A DNA stretch of 64,000 nucleotides from NCBI RefSeq assembly GCF_009834535.1, contig NC_045707.1:57600001-57664000 (forward strand), written 5' to 3'. Below are positions 1 through 12,800 of this stretch, piece by piece. This DNA is from Camelus ferus (Eukaryota). The notes beneath the pieces were generated by a model that worked only from the letters and a program-made list of their open reading frames with translations, had not been told where the DNA came from and ran no database searches. Position numbers and translations under genes: made by a program. Numbering within the stretch: the first letter of the stretch is position 1; the number at the start of each line of letters is the position of its first letter.

Positions 1-155
1 GGTGTTGAAAACCTATGTTATCATGAGTTTGTCAGTCACATTTCCTCTTTGGTGAAGTGCCTGTTCATGTTCTTTGTCAATTTTCTAATTGCATTCTTTT
101 TAAGTATTAAATTTTAAGATTTCTTTATATATTCTAGATATTCGTTTATTTTTGA
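1..155 (-). mobile_element. Ancient L1 (L1M-type) fragment
   Basis: tcctctttggtgaagtgcctgttcatgttctttgtcaatttt…tctttatatattctagata resembles antisense L1 ORF2 C-terminal sequence; boundaries approximate. Confidence 0.6.
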
Positions 156-1368
156 TAAAAAGTTACCTTAACATATAACTAGCTACATATCAATAAATTA
201 CTAGAAAAATGATAGACATGAGGATAAAATTATTTTAAAAATATAAGAGCTGGTTCTTGTTGTGCTACATAATTTGGGTTCTTTAAATAAATGACTAGTT
301 GAATGAATATATCTATTTTGATCACACTGAAATGGATATATTCTTCCTTCATGAAAAGGCTGTTAATAGTTGGCTGTCAATTGGTAAGATATTCAGATAT
401 TCTTACAAACATCTCTAGAGATAGTGCCCTGTGGCAAGCGAAAAATAAGTAAATAACTGAGGGGGAAAAAAAAAAGAGAGAAAAGCAGATAAACATGTTA
501 TTGTGCCAAATCAAAGTGAAAAAATGCATACCTGAATAAAGGTTAAATTGGTTCAACACACATTTTCACAACATTTGCTGTTATACATTTTTACGATGCA
601 TAAGAAATATATATTTTTTAATTTTTATAAGAGATGTTTCTCCAAAATTAGAATCAGCTTTGAAGTTGATCATGTATAAGAATTTTTGGAATGCTAGGAA
701 GAACTTCCTATCTTCCAAATATCTTTGGTTTTACACAGAATATTCTACTGTTAGAGGTTCAGTAAAAAATTTTGAAACTATGATATCCTTGGAAGAGGTA
801 GCACATTAAGATTTGCAGTCAACACTTTATGGTATGAATGTGAATAAATTCAGCAGCATCTTTCCTCACAGACAGAATGAGGGAGTGGTGCAAAAAGTGT
901 AATAAGAAAACAGGTACCTGGAATGTACATGGCCACAGAATGGAAACAAATGGAATTTTAGGGTGCTGAGGATAAGATGTACCTTTCCACTGAGAACCTT
1001 AAGTTTATAGACAATTGAGTACACAGCGTAATGAAAAGACTAGCTAGAAAATATTCTTACCTCCTATACTTACCTAACAGATAGCAACAAATAAACTATA
1101 GCAGCACATCCCTTCATGTGCTCTTTCCAAAGATATACCTGGTGGCCAAGACCATCAGGAGTCTGAAGGAGGACGGGGCAAGTGAGCTCTAGGGAGCTGA
1201 CTTTCCACATTAAATCCTATCGCTTACAACCTTATTATTCGTTCAGACCCTGCTCATAGGATTGAGTAAATCTGTATGAATTGTGACATTTATCAAAAAG
1301 ATCATATAATAAAACATGTCGCTTAACTAAGTGAAGAAAATGGATATGGTAAACAGCCTGGGTTCTAA

Positions 1369-1402
1369 CCATACCACCCTGAACGCGCCCGATCTCATCT
1401 GA
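1369..1402 (+). pseudogene. 5S rRNA fragment (about nt 9-42), non-functional
   Basis: ccataccaccctgaacgcgcccgatctcatctga matches mammalian 5S rRNA CCATACCACCCTGAACGCGCCCGATCTCGTCTGA at 33/34 nt. The internal promoter (box A/C) and 3' half are absent. Confidence 0.85.
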
Positions 1403-1796
1403 ATTCTAGATTTTTAATAATAGAGTATTATTACTTTAATGTGCCTTTAAACCATGGGACAGAAATAATTAAAATGGAATATTTGGTGAATTGGAAAAAT
1501 CAACTATGAGGCAACGTAAGTCAACTTCTGAAATATCTAGTGTTTAAAAAAATGTAAAAAAGGACCATTGGGTACCTTATTATAAACTACTTTACTTCTG
1601 AATTTACAAGTATTGATTATTCTACATAATTCCACTTTGCCTCACTTTTGTCAGTCACCGTGAGTCACTGAATTTCATATTTATGTACTTTAAAAATTTC
1701 TCATAACACATATGCTTTTTAGGGTAGGGTATGAGAAACTGTAAGAAAGACACCTAACTCAATCAGATTTTAGCAATGACGAAAGATACGCCTTAC

Positions 1797-1983
1797 CTGA
1801 TTCTAAAGTAGTAACGATCATTTCAGCACTGGACTTTCCTTCTGCATATGCAGCGCTGATATTTCCAGTGAATGCAGTGATCACCACGGAATACCTTGTG
1901 AATATCTTTAAATCTTTAATTTCTATGGTTTTATTTTCTTCATTTGACTTGATTAAGGAAATATTAAATTCATCGCTATCTAC
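1797..1983 (-). CDS. PTPRQ: PTPRQ exon, 187 nt, FN3 C-half
   Basis: Acceptor ttcctgtag|GTA, donor CAG|gtaagg. Encodes [62 protein letters not shown]. Not in the ORF track. Confidence 0.93.
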
Positions 1984-2283
1984 CTACAGGAAAAAATAGC
2001 TAACAATGAAAGGAAGCAGCGCTTGAGATACAGATCACTAAAACATGATATTAGAAAGCTACATGTGGTGTATTTTTGGAGCCAAGATTTAAAATTTCTT
2101 TTTTTACAGTCAGATGGTCCTGGGAAATCTAAAGTGCTACTTTAACAGTTTACTAATTAGCAGTTATTTCAATAATTGAAAGTAAAAGAAAATTAACCAA
2201 TCATAATCAGTCAGAGCAAACAAAAAATCATCTCTGCAGTCAATGAAAACTACTCCAATGTTTTATGGAACAAAGAATATAGG

Positions 2284-2729
2284 GTTTTTTTTTTAAATTG
2301 AAGTATAGTCAGTGTACAATTTCTGGTGTACAGCATAATGTTTCAGTCAAACATATATATACATACATTCCTTTTCATATTCTTTTTCATGTTAGGTTAC
2401 TACAAGAAACTGAATATAGTTCCCTGGCCATACAAAAGAAACTTGTTGTTTATCTATTTTAGTAGTAGTTAATATCTGCACATCTTGAACTTCCAATTTA
2501 TCCCTTTGCACCCAGTAACCATAAGTTTGTTTATTATGTCTGCGAGTCTGTTGCTGTTGTGTACATAAAAAAGAATAAAATAATGCCATTTGCAGCAACA
2601 TGGATGGACTTGGAGATCATCATTCTAAGTGAAGTAAGCCAAAAAGAGAAAGAAAAATACCATATGATATCACTCATATGTGGAATCTAAAAAAAGAAAA
2701 AAGAAGATATTAATGAACTTATCTACAAA
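2284..2729 (-). mobile_element. 5'-truncated, 5'-inverted L1 3' end
   Basis: Poly(T) from 2285, then minus-strand L1 3'UTR to about 2563, then plus-strand L1 segment 2564-2729. TSD acaaagaatatagg at 2270-2283 and 2725-2738. Confidence 0.9.
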
Positions 2730-2734
2730 GAATA

Positions 2735-2925
2735 TAGGTTTTGGTACCCAATCATCAAGGGTTCAAATCCCAACTTGATCACCTAATAACTCCTGTAGCA
2801 TTTGATAGGTCATTTATTCTCTCTGTGTTTTACATTCTGTGTATGTAAGATTGAGGTGATAAGATCTATTTATAGCAATTTGATGAGATTTTAAAAAAAC
2901 AGATCTAAAGTAGCTAGCACAGAAA
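2735..2925 (+). mobile_element. MIR SINE fragment, interrupted at its start by the L1
   Basis: gggttcaaatcccaacttgatcacctaataac…tttacattctgtgtatgtaagattgaggtgataa resembles the MIR core; approximate. Confidence 0.55.
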
Positions 2926-2929
2926 TTTG

Positions 2930-3125
2930 AATTTTTTTACCATGACCCACAAAAATAAAATATATTTTGCAACATAATTCAGGATATTCTTTATAACTGA
3001 AAACCACTTTTCAGAAATACAACTTTCTGAAATGCAATTTGATATTTCCTGCTCTTTTTTTTTTTTAATCTTACTCCAATTCATTTAAAAAATGCTGGCC
3101 ATGACTGAAGTTTGAAAAACTGATC
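2930..3125. mobile_element. hAT-Charlie-like non-autonomous DNA transposon remnant
   Basis: catgacccaca…aaaatgctggccatgac…agtttgaaaaactg resembles the subterminal and terminal motifs of Charlie-derived MITEs. Confidence 0.4.
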
Positions 3126-4270
3126 TAGCACCATGCATGGCAATAAATAAGGAATCATTAATCAATGTATATGTCATAATTATTAAATGTACACAAGTGA
3201 GCATCCTTAGGTGTATTAAATACTAGTAATATAATGTATTAAAACACAGTCTGTCTTTGAGAGAGAGTGTGGCCTATTCACTGTAGGGATTAAACATAAC
3301 TAAAGTTTCTAGCACTTAATAGAAAGGCTTTTCCTGAGATGAACAACAGAAAATTCAAAATCTTATTATGCCTGCTTCTCTCAGGTACCTAACTTGAAAC
3401 ACTTAAAAACAACTTGGCTACACTGTCCTCATTATCAAGTTCATTTTCAACTTGACACTCTTTCATAATTTTGAAACAATTTTTTGTTGCTGTTCAATAT
3501 GTTCTTCAAATGCTCTTTTCTAAGAACTTTTTTTTTTTTAACAACAACAACAAAAAAAGATGTTGCTATGAGAACACAGCAAAAGGCTGATAAATGATAT
3601 CAGCCTTGCAAAAAGTCAAACAGATCAAACCATGAACCATCATAAGACAGCGCAGTGGAGAGAGATGTTCCCCTTTTCAAGGTGGCAGAGAAACAATTAA
3701 GCAAAGAAATCCAATTAATCAGGTGCATGGATCTCCTGGGAGAAAGTGTGTGTATATTTCACACATTGTCAACATCTAAATATCACATACAAATCTGGCT
3801 TTTTAAATTGCCCCTAAGACTAGGCTTATCTTCATGCTTGGTAACAGTTATCTAGAGATGAATGACAGGTAACTCATTTAAGGGGACAGAAATGTCCAGT
3901 TCATCACTGCCCCACCCAGTTAGCTTCATTTTGACTGCTCTTTTATGTTACTCGCCTGACTACTACAGCTATTTCAACTCTGATTTTTGGCTACCAGTTT
4001 AACAACTTCATCAGTGAGTGCCTAAGTTAACGCCACCATGCGATTCATAGTACCATTTCTTCCCTCTTCAACCCTCAGCCCCCAAATTGTCCACTGGGTG
4101 CAAAGAGTTAAGAGAAACACTTCCATCCTCAAGATAGTTCTGTGACACAAACAGAACGCTTTACACAACCCCACGGTCACTGTGCCTGAGCTTATAAAGT
4201 AAAATTAAACTTTCCAATGCCTTCCATTAACAAATGGATAATGAATAGCAAATAGTAAAATATGAAATAA

Positions 4271-4440
4271 ACAAGTTTATACTGTGAAGCACAGGGAACT
4301 ATATTCAGTATCTTGTAGTAACCTATAATGAAAAAGAATATGAAAATGAATATATGTATGTATATGTACAACTGAAATACTATGCTGCACACCAGAAATT
4401 GACACATTGTAAACTGACTATACTTCAAAAAGTAAAAAAT
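4271..4440 (+). mobile_element. Short L1 3'UTR insertion
   Basis: Same 3' end as the 14890-15070 L1 (…caccagaaattgacacattgtaaactgactata…) plus A-rich tail. TSD aaaata(t/c)gaaataa at 4257-4270 and 4441-4454. Confidence 0.88.
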
Positions 4441-4499
4441 AAAATACGAAATAACGTGCATGTGATCTACTATATCTTAAAAAGTATATTGTAAAATCC

Positions 4500-5330
4500 A
4501 AAAAGAATGCTGAGTCCTCAAATACAACACGTGCAAAATTTCATTTTCTTTCTTCCCTAAACCTGTTATCTTTCTTGTCATCAACCATTATTTATCCACT
4601 TACCCAGGACTGAAATCTTGGACCTTTATGACCCATCATTCCCCTTCAATCAATTCCAAATTTCTTTGCTCATATTATATTTGATCATCTATTATTATAA
4701 TTATGAAATGTCTCCCTTTTTTTTTTTTTTTGAAGTGCCATTGCTTTCCAATGGCCTCTTATTTAAATGTTTATATTCCCAGGATACTGTCCTCGGGTTA
4801 GTTCTTACAGAAGAGTTTCTTACTCTACATGTTCCATAGCTAATCTCATCTACTCACATTATTTCATCTATCATCTAAATGCCAACATTTCCCAAATCTG
4901 GAAATACAAATTACCTCTCCTGAGCGACAGATCCATATACAATACTGCTAATGGACTATCTTCACCTGGAGGACACCCAGGCATCTTCAACTCAGAGCAT
5001 CTAGTACCAAATTCATTCCTCTCCCCTACAGATCTGTTCCTCCTTGCAATTTTCCAAATCATGAATCTTAAATTCACCCTTGATTATTCCTTTCACTCAC
5101 TAACCATATTTTTTTCACCAAATCCTGTCCATTTAAATTATTTTTCATTCTATTTCCCTCACTCCATTTCCTCTGTCCCTATCTTTCTTCTTTCTTTATT
5201 CTTACAGTTTCCTGTCTCCTTACTTGGCAGTCCAGGACTGCTCTAAAACTCTCCTCTACAATGGAACCATACTGCTCCTGTAAAATAGAAATCTCTATCC
5301 TACTACTGCTTTAATTCCACAGTTGGCACC
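4500..5330 (+). mobile_element. Degenerate L2 LINE fragments
   Basis: Pyrimidine-rich, L2-like text (atctactcacattatttcatctatcatctaaatgccaacatttcccaaatct…ggcatcttcaactcagagcatc); explains ORFs 4767..5246 and 4871..5077. Confidence 0.55.
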
Positions 5331-5669
5331 CACTGCCTTTACCATGAAACCTACCTTTTGATCCATCCTTCATCCTTCAGTCTTTTCCTCCTGAATGCTT
5401 TACAGAGGATTCCTGAACTACTTGCTTTACTTTGAATGAAGCTACCTTTTCACACTTCTAGTACCATCTCCTTTTCACGTTCTGCTTCAGTTATTTTCAA
5501 GATTAAGACTTAATGTTATCTATTTGGAAGATATTTCTCCTAATGCTTTCTCCCTTCTCCTTTTGTACTGAGTTCTTTTTTTTTTTCCAACTGTATTTTA
5601 AACCAATATACCAGTACCAATTTAACCTCTTGTTTATATACATCATCTATACTCTGAGGATAAATATAA

Positions 5670-5920
5670 TAATAACCATGATAATATTTTATTTACATTT
5701 ATTAACACTTGGTACATGTCAGGCAATGTTTTAAGTTCTTTATGCACGTTTACTAACTTAGTCCTCAGAAAAATCTCCGTCCCCAGGGTAGAGTTATCAA
5801 CCTTTATTTTACAGGTTAACCCAAAAGGTTAAGTAAGTTGCCTAAGGTCTAACAGAGTTGAGATTAAAATTCAAAGTCTGGTTCTGAAACCTATGTTCTT
5901 AACCACGCTCGATACTGCCT
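5670..5920 (-). mobile_element. MIR SINE, ending about 15 nt from the exon 5937 donor
   Basis: tttattttacagg…aggttaagtaagttgcctaaggtc…cttaaccacgctcgatactgcct is antisense MIR core and head. Confidence 0.7.
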
Positions 5921-5936
5921 TTTGCAAATGCCTTAC

Positions 5937-6058
5937 CGATTTGACATCTATCAGATAGAAGATGGGCCCAGTAATGACAGCAGGTTCACTCCAGCTGATG
6001 TTGATGCTAAAAGGTGATGTTGCTACTGCATACACATTTTCAGGAGGGCCGTCTGGAG
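5937..6058 (-). CDS. PTPRQ: PTPRQ exon, 122 nt, FN3 N-half
   Basis: Acceptor tttgcatag|CT, donor TCG|gtaagg. Encodes (P)[40 protein letters not shown]. Confidence 0.94.
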
Positions 6059-7419
6059 CTATGCAAATAGAAAACAATCAATTACTTTGCTACATGTAAG
6101 CTAGCATTTGCCACAGTACAATGATAGAAAAGACCATAAAAAGATAATCATAATGAATTAATTATACATTAATTTATAGTTCACAGCATGCCAAAAGGCA
6201 TTTGCAAATCAAAAGATGTAATTTCTTTTAAAATAATTACTATAAAGAACTTCCACATGAGAAATGATTTTTAAACTCAAAATAACATTTTGAAAAAGAA
6301 ACCATTACTATTGCTAAAGTAAATCTTTTTAAACAAATAAATATTTTTATTTTTAAAAAGTTAGACTAACAACGTTGTTTTAAGAAATCTTGCAGACACA
6401 TATTTGCCTACAGAAAAGTGAAACTGGTTCAAGTGAATTATATTTGAAATTTATTGTCTTACAAATGTAAATTGGCTTGGTTTTGATTTCCCTGAGGGGG
6501 TAGCATAGGAAATAAATTATACAACTGATCTGATTATTACAAATGTAAGTATTTCCTGAATTCATTAAGATTCCAAAAAAATTGTTTAATTTGTCTTACT
6601 TTTATTATTGTTGTCTTTTCATCAAGAGTACAAAGTAAGAGTCAATATTTTAGGGAACCGAGTGCTGAAAACCCTTGTTTAAATCTCAATTTGTGAAGCT
6701 ACCAGGAATTAGAACAGTTTTCAGTATGTTAAGAAGGATTGAGTCACAATTAATTTGACACAGACATTGACCTAGAAACACTTAGGTCACACCTTCTCTG
6801 TCCTAGTATGGCTCTTTGTCAATTCCAGGGACATTAAATATTAGGAGATTAGTATTTCCCAGTATTTCTGATTTTTAAATCCACATGAACAAATATTACT
6901 AAACAATATTATTCCATAGATCCCAAGAAGGTGTAAAGAAGATGCAATATTCCTTTTCTCAAATAATTTATAAGAGCAGTAAGTTGTGTGATCTGGGTCA
7001 AACAACAAAACTGTGGGACCTCAGTTTCCTCCTTGTGTGCACATTTCACAGTTAAAAAGAATTACAAACACATAATGTGTGAAAGTGGCCGGTTAGCTTA
7101 GTGTTTGGTCCGTTTTTTGTCAATTAATACAAACTATTACAATAAAGGGCAAAGTAAAGATAAGAACTAATTAGAAACATAAATAATCTATCCTGACAAG
7201 GCAAAGGATGAAGTGGTGGGTCTGGGTGGGCTGGGAGTCAAGGTAAAGCTGCAGAGAGGAGATGGAGACTGAAGAGGCTTTGAAACATGAGAAGGACTTC
7301 AATAATCAGAAGGCTGGTTTGGGGGCACTTCTTTGCTAAGAGGGTGATAAGCAAAGCCACAAAGACATAAACAACAAGGTCCACAGACAGACAGAATTTT
7401 ATTTCGGCAGAATGGCTTT

Positions 7420-7542
7420 CCATGGTAATCTTACGTTTATTATTTTATACATTTGAAACTATAACTCGAGGAAGGGGTCCACACACTTTACCAAACTGTC
7501 AGAGGAATCCATGGTACAAAAAAAAAATATTCAGAATCCCTA
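7420..7542. mobile_element. hAT-Charlie-type terminal fragment
   Basis: gaaggggtccacacactttaccaaactgtcagaggaatccatggtacaaaaaaa…aatccct resembles a Charlie/MER terminus. Confidence 0.45.
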
Positions 7543-9324
7543 AATTCAAGGAACAGGGACATCACAGAAAGACCAGCATTCACAGAGGGACAGAGTAGGT
7601 GACAAGCCTCAAGGAGTCACTGAGGAATTAAGTTAGGCACTTGATTATTATGTTAAAGGGTTTGAAGTTCATTCTTTAAACAGTGGGATGACACTGAAAG
7701 TTTTGAATAGGGAAGTATTTTTCTAATGATTTAGGAAGAAATCTCAGATTGCTATGAAATAGGTAAGTGCTCGGAAGCACTGAGTCCAGATAGGCTACTT
7801 CCTGAAAGCCAGCTGACATCTGATGATCCTCAAGCAGTAGAGTGACAGTCGGGAGAGACTGGAGGAGATAAATCCCACAGTCATTTAGAAAATTTTAATT
7901 AAACGGACTTAAGTGCTTATTAGACGTGACATAGAGGATGTAGTAAAGGCTAATTCATGTATAAATCCTGGGAGAGTGTTGACAGAGCAACGGCAGCACA
8001 TTCAGGGACAGTTACTAGGTTGGGTAGGGGTTAGGCTATGGCAGGAGATGATAAATTTGGATCTGTGATCATGAAACCTGAGATACTGACAAGGATGGAG
8101 ATGCCTACCTGGCAACTGGAAAGATGAACCTAGAACTAGGAACACAGGTCGAGATGGAAAAGGGTTTAAAATTTTTTCAGATAATTCTTTAAAAATTGGG
8201 ATGGTATAAATATAGCAAGTGTATCTGATTCAGGTGAGTCACATGCTCTGAAGAAAGCCAAAAGGTTTATCTCAACAGCAGGTAGGTATTTAAGATGTTA
8301 ATACTAGTGACAGTCTTTGAACTATGAATGAGTTATTGGCAGTAGAATGTTTCCAAGGCGATGATATTATGTGTTTTGGATTTGGGATGCCCAATTTAGC
8401 CCATAAAAATATATTGTAAGAGTAGGCTTGAAATAACTTAAAGTGGTACTCAAATATCACTATAGAGGTATCTAGCAAATATGTATGAGAAAGTTTCTGT
8501 GGGAAAATGCCTTTGGGGTGACAAGCATATCCTTCCTACTTGAACCTTTTCTGATTTTTGTGCAGACCTCTGAACACTGACTCGGAGATCCAGTCCATAT
8601 GGCATCCAGAGGAGAGTGGGGAGGGGATGTTCCAGGATTCAGAGCTATGATGAGCTGGGAGGTGTTAATAATGATGACAGAATTGGGTACATGATTTCTC
8701 TGGTGACTACTATAGAAAAGGTCATGGAATTTCAGCACTTGAACAAACGCTGCATATCCTGAGATGATCGGTCTTATTCTAATTTTATGATCCTAGATTT
8801 ATGAAAACTGTCTCAAATTGTAGTGTAATTCATTTGGATAAATACAAATGAGAACCACGAGAGGTCTCCTGCCACCAATATAATTAAGTGCTTTTGGAGG
8901 GCCTCACAGAATAACGCCCTCTATACTCTTTCCTTCCCAAACTGGATATTGAGATGTTCAGGATCAGGTGCACCATGACTGATCATTATTATGAATGTTC
9001 CTATGGAGAAAACAGCTTTGAAAAATCAAAGATGTTTTGTGGGTTCCAATGGCCTATCTCCTGCCTTTGACTCTGTAAAAGGAGATGGGCTAGAAGCTAA
9101 GTAAAACTTTATATTAAGGCATTTATTAATTTTAATAGTTTAGTTACTTACCATTTATGAATGTTTTTGCCAAACCTGCCTTCTAGCTCTGTAAGAACCA
9201 TTGTAGAGACACAGAATTTTCTGACAGGCCACACATTTCAGGTGGTATGAGACAGGAAACTATTTTAGCCTACCTTTCTCTTTATTTCTACCCGAATGTT
9301 CTGTTGGCTTCTCAGTGAAATTGG

Positions 9325-9815
9325 TGCATTTATCCAATCAGTAAATATTTATAGAGCATCTTCTATGTGCCAGGGGCTGGGAAAGTGATCAGGTCTATAG
9401 AAATGATCAAGGTAGGTGTGGTCCTATCCATATAGAGCTTCAGGAACATCTCATACAAGTAAATGACATACTCTGTTAGGAAGTGGTATGCACCACAATA
9501 AAAGAAAATGAAGCAGGATAATTAAAATGGGAATGTGGATGGGAGTTACTATTTTAAAAAATATGGTGGTCAGAATATGCCTCTCTAAACAGATGACATT
9601 TAAACAAAGACGCAAAGGAGGCAGAGGAACATGGGGATGTTTGAAGAGTGTCACAGGGAGATGGCCATGAGACAGGACTATGTCTGCTGTGTTCTAGGGA
9701 TAACAAGAGCTTCGGTGAGGCTGGACCCAAGTAAGTCAGACTGAGAGTCAGAGAGAAAATGGGGCCAGACTGTGTAGGGCCTTTAATGCCACTGCTAAGG
9801 TCTCTGTAAGAACTG
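9325..9815 (-). mobile_element. L2 LINE 3' fragment
   Basis: catttatccaatcagtaaatatttatagagcatcttctatgtgccagg start and ggggccagactgtgtagggcc are typical antisense L2 3' sequence. Confidence 0.75.
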
Positions 9816-12800
9816 CTGTCAGACAAAAAGACAAATGCCACAGTTTATTACCCTGAACTAGAAGGGACCTTTGTAGATTTTGATGCTTGGTATCTAACTC
9901 ATGCCAGGAAGATGGGTCAAAATTAATTAGATCAAAAGAGGGGAGATTACCTTTAGAATCTGATTCTTATACCTCTGTAAATATACCAACCCAATAGCTG
10001 TCGGAAGTACACTCGTAAACCTAACTCATTCCCGCAGACAGGCAAGGTGGTACATTATTGTTGCCCAGATACCACGGACAGCTTACTGAGAATTTTCTGT
10101 GATAAGAAAATTGATAAGATTTTTCCGTGACTATGTTGACGGGAGCTTGTTTTTAGAAATACTTCCAGGAAATATTCTTCTATATCTGTGTCTTCCCTGC
10201 TCTGTCCTTTGGATCCTCGGGGGCTCCGATGATGACAGATCCAAAACCATTTCCCAAGGGAAACTTCGGCTAGTCTGGCAAGTATTTCTGTAGACCAGCT
10301 CAGAAAGCAGGACGATGCCTTACTTCAACTTCTCATCTTTCACAGGAAAATGTTAACCCTGCAATCATTCCTTTAATACCAGCAATCAAAGCCCTCATCG
10401 GGGAGTATTTGCTACCCCAAGCAGAGCTGAGTGAAAAAAGACATTTAAAGATCACTCATGGCACATACTAACCACTTGAAATACTAAATATTTTAAGTTC
10501 TATACACTAACCAGCCATTAGAAAAAGGCAAAGTATTTAGCCCCTCACTGAGCTGTGCTTTAATGCCATTTCTTGAACTTTCCTAAAGTTGTTTTTTTTT
10601 TAAGAAACACTCTAACACCTGCATTTTTAGTAAATTTGATGCAATTGCTTGTTTTGTTACATAAGTGTTCCCTGTGTTAAATCCTTTATGAAATATTATT
10701 CTTAGAACATACTATATTAATCAATATTCTTGAACAATTATAATGTGATGGAATAAGGACTTCTAAATCTAAACTAAAAAAAAAGTAAACACATAACTAA
10801 ACTGATACATGAGTAGATTATATGCACATAATATATGACTGATTAGAATATATATTTCATCTGTATAAAGCAATGAAAGATAATCATTTAACTCATGAGT
10901 ATTTTAAGAGAAATATATAGAACACCAAAATGCTCAAAGTATATTATAAAACAGCATCTAATTATTTTAGTATCATTCAAATATTATAGTATACTTTTAA
11001 GCAAATAGCATTTTCAAGTTTCTTTTAGGTAATTTTCTCTTGGAATTTATCAAAATCTCAAGTGCATAATAAAATACATTCAGTATTATTTTTTATTCCA
11101 GTGTGTAGTACATTATTAGAGTCACATAAGGGGGGATACAAATTTACAATTATGAGCGTCAACTACCAAATTAAAGGAAGCTTAAAGCAGTAAAAGTCTG
11201 AGGAGTTGAAAATATGCCAGTTGAAAAGCTTAGTAATGGATAAGCATCTCTGGGAGACTTTGTCTCTCCATACACTGTCACATTCTGATTTAGGATTGTT
11301 TGTGAAATGAATCGAGTCAGTAATGGGCTAAGAGATCACTATACCCTTTCTCTTATAAATCACAGCAATTTACTCAGTAGGAATGATCTATCCTTATTCT
11401 CTCATTCCCCATAATCCAATCACTTCCTCTCATAAGCACTTTTCCCCTGGTTTTCACAATAATGCATTTTCTGTAACTAACAACCATCATTTCCTGATTA
11501 TCATGCTTCTATCCTTGCACAGGAATGTGGGTCTTATGTGGGTCAGGGTCATCTTTCCCATCCATCTGTGTCCCCATGCTAAGTGTGTTAGCTGAAAGGT
11601 GAGTCTGGATAGACCATCATTTTGCCTAGTGCATACAAAAGTTAGAATGCCCCCAGGTCTACACCAGTTTGATTAAGAACCACCAAATTTTGGTGTGTCT
11701 AATACTATACTTTCAGAATAAGCACACTCAAAGACTTATTAGTAACTCTGCCTTCTGCAGATCCCTGTAAATTTAATGATGAGAAATGTTGCAGGAAATA
11801 CTCTGTGGTTTTTAGTGCACCATGTGGTAGTGACTTTCCTAAAGAATAAACATAAATAAATAAATGACTTGACAGTGACTCACAAGACAAAAAATCTTGA
11901 GCTCTGCACATATGTGTGATTTAAGCTGTCTGCACAGCTATTTGAATTAAAGTTCATTTTAAGTTTATTTAAAGGTCCTTCCCTTCAGGGTATTTTAGTT
12001 TCAGGAGTTGGTACACGGGACTACCAGATGCCTAGCTACTGTCATCACTAAATGAAGGACTCCTTTTCTTTCCTCACCTGTACCAGTATTAACAGCCTTT
12101 AGGGCTGTAGGTTGGCTTAGATTCACCATACCTGGACGAATTAGCTTTAAGTTTTAGATGCCTCTCAGGACTAGATGAAATCTAACTAGCTGGGTGGTTT
12201 GGGTGGATTCCTGACATCTTAAACAATGCAGGGCATCAAGGGACCTAAAGAAGTTCAGCAATTAGATTGACCACATTTATGCAGGCCAAGAGCATCTCTG
12301 GACACATCCCACTGATGACAATACTGCACTAATTGGCTACCCTTCCCGCTGTTGAGTGTTTCCCTAGAGCCCAGGGATTTCACTGGGGTGAAACTATTGT
12401 TGGTAGAGGACATATTTCCTACCATTTACAGGACTTTCATTTTGTTTTATAGTTAGATTTCCCAACAGCAAGATGGTGTCACAAAAGGCAAATATAAGCG
12501 TAAGAATCTGACCCATTAGACTATTCGATGAGAACTGAGACTGATTCATGGATATCCACAGTATTAGACTTCACTGTACGACTGTTTTCTGTGACGCTGA
12601 ATGAGTAGTTTTCTGAGTAACTGAGGCTGGCTTAAGTTGGAAAAAAAAAATACAAAATACCCCAAAACTCTCATTTCTAATAGTAGCCATGCCAGGTGAG
12701 AATGAAAACATTCTCCTAGTAGTTCTATTGCTTTTAGGATCAGATAATACATCTTTTTTTCTAGAATAGCATTTTGTTTATAAAACAAAGTATAATTAAA

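Noticed and set aside
1369..1402. Functional 5S rRNA gene
   Set aside because: Only 34 of about 120 nt are present; lacks the internal control region and terminator.
1976..1990. tag|GTAG overlapping acceptor/donor-like motif (recursive splicing or +4 acceptor)
   Set aside because: Arises simply from the Val-Asp codons; the intron is short (about 4 kb) and GTAGAT is a poor donor.
4767..5246. 159-aa plus-strand ORF
   Set aside because: Low-complexity F/S/L-rich translation lying in L2-derived sequence; no domain similarity.
12290..12345. HPTDDNTALIG resembling the ERV-L RT motif HYIDDIMLIG
   Set aside because: Flanking residues do not continue the similarity; insufficient support.
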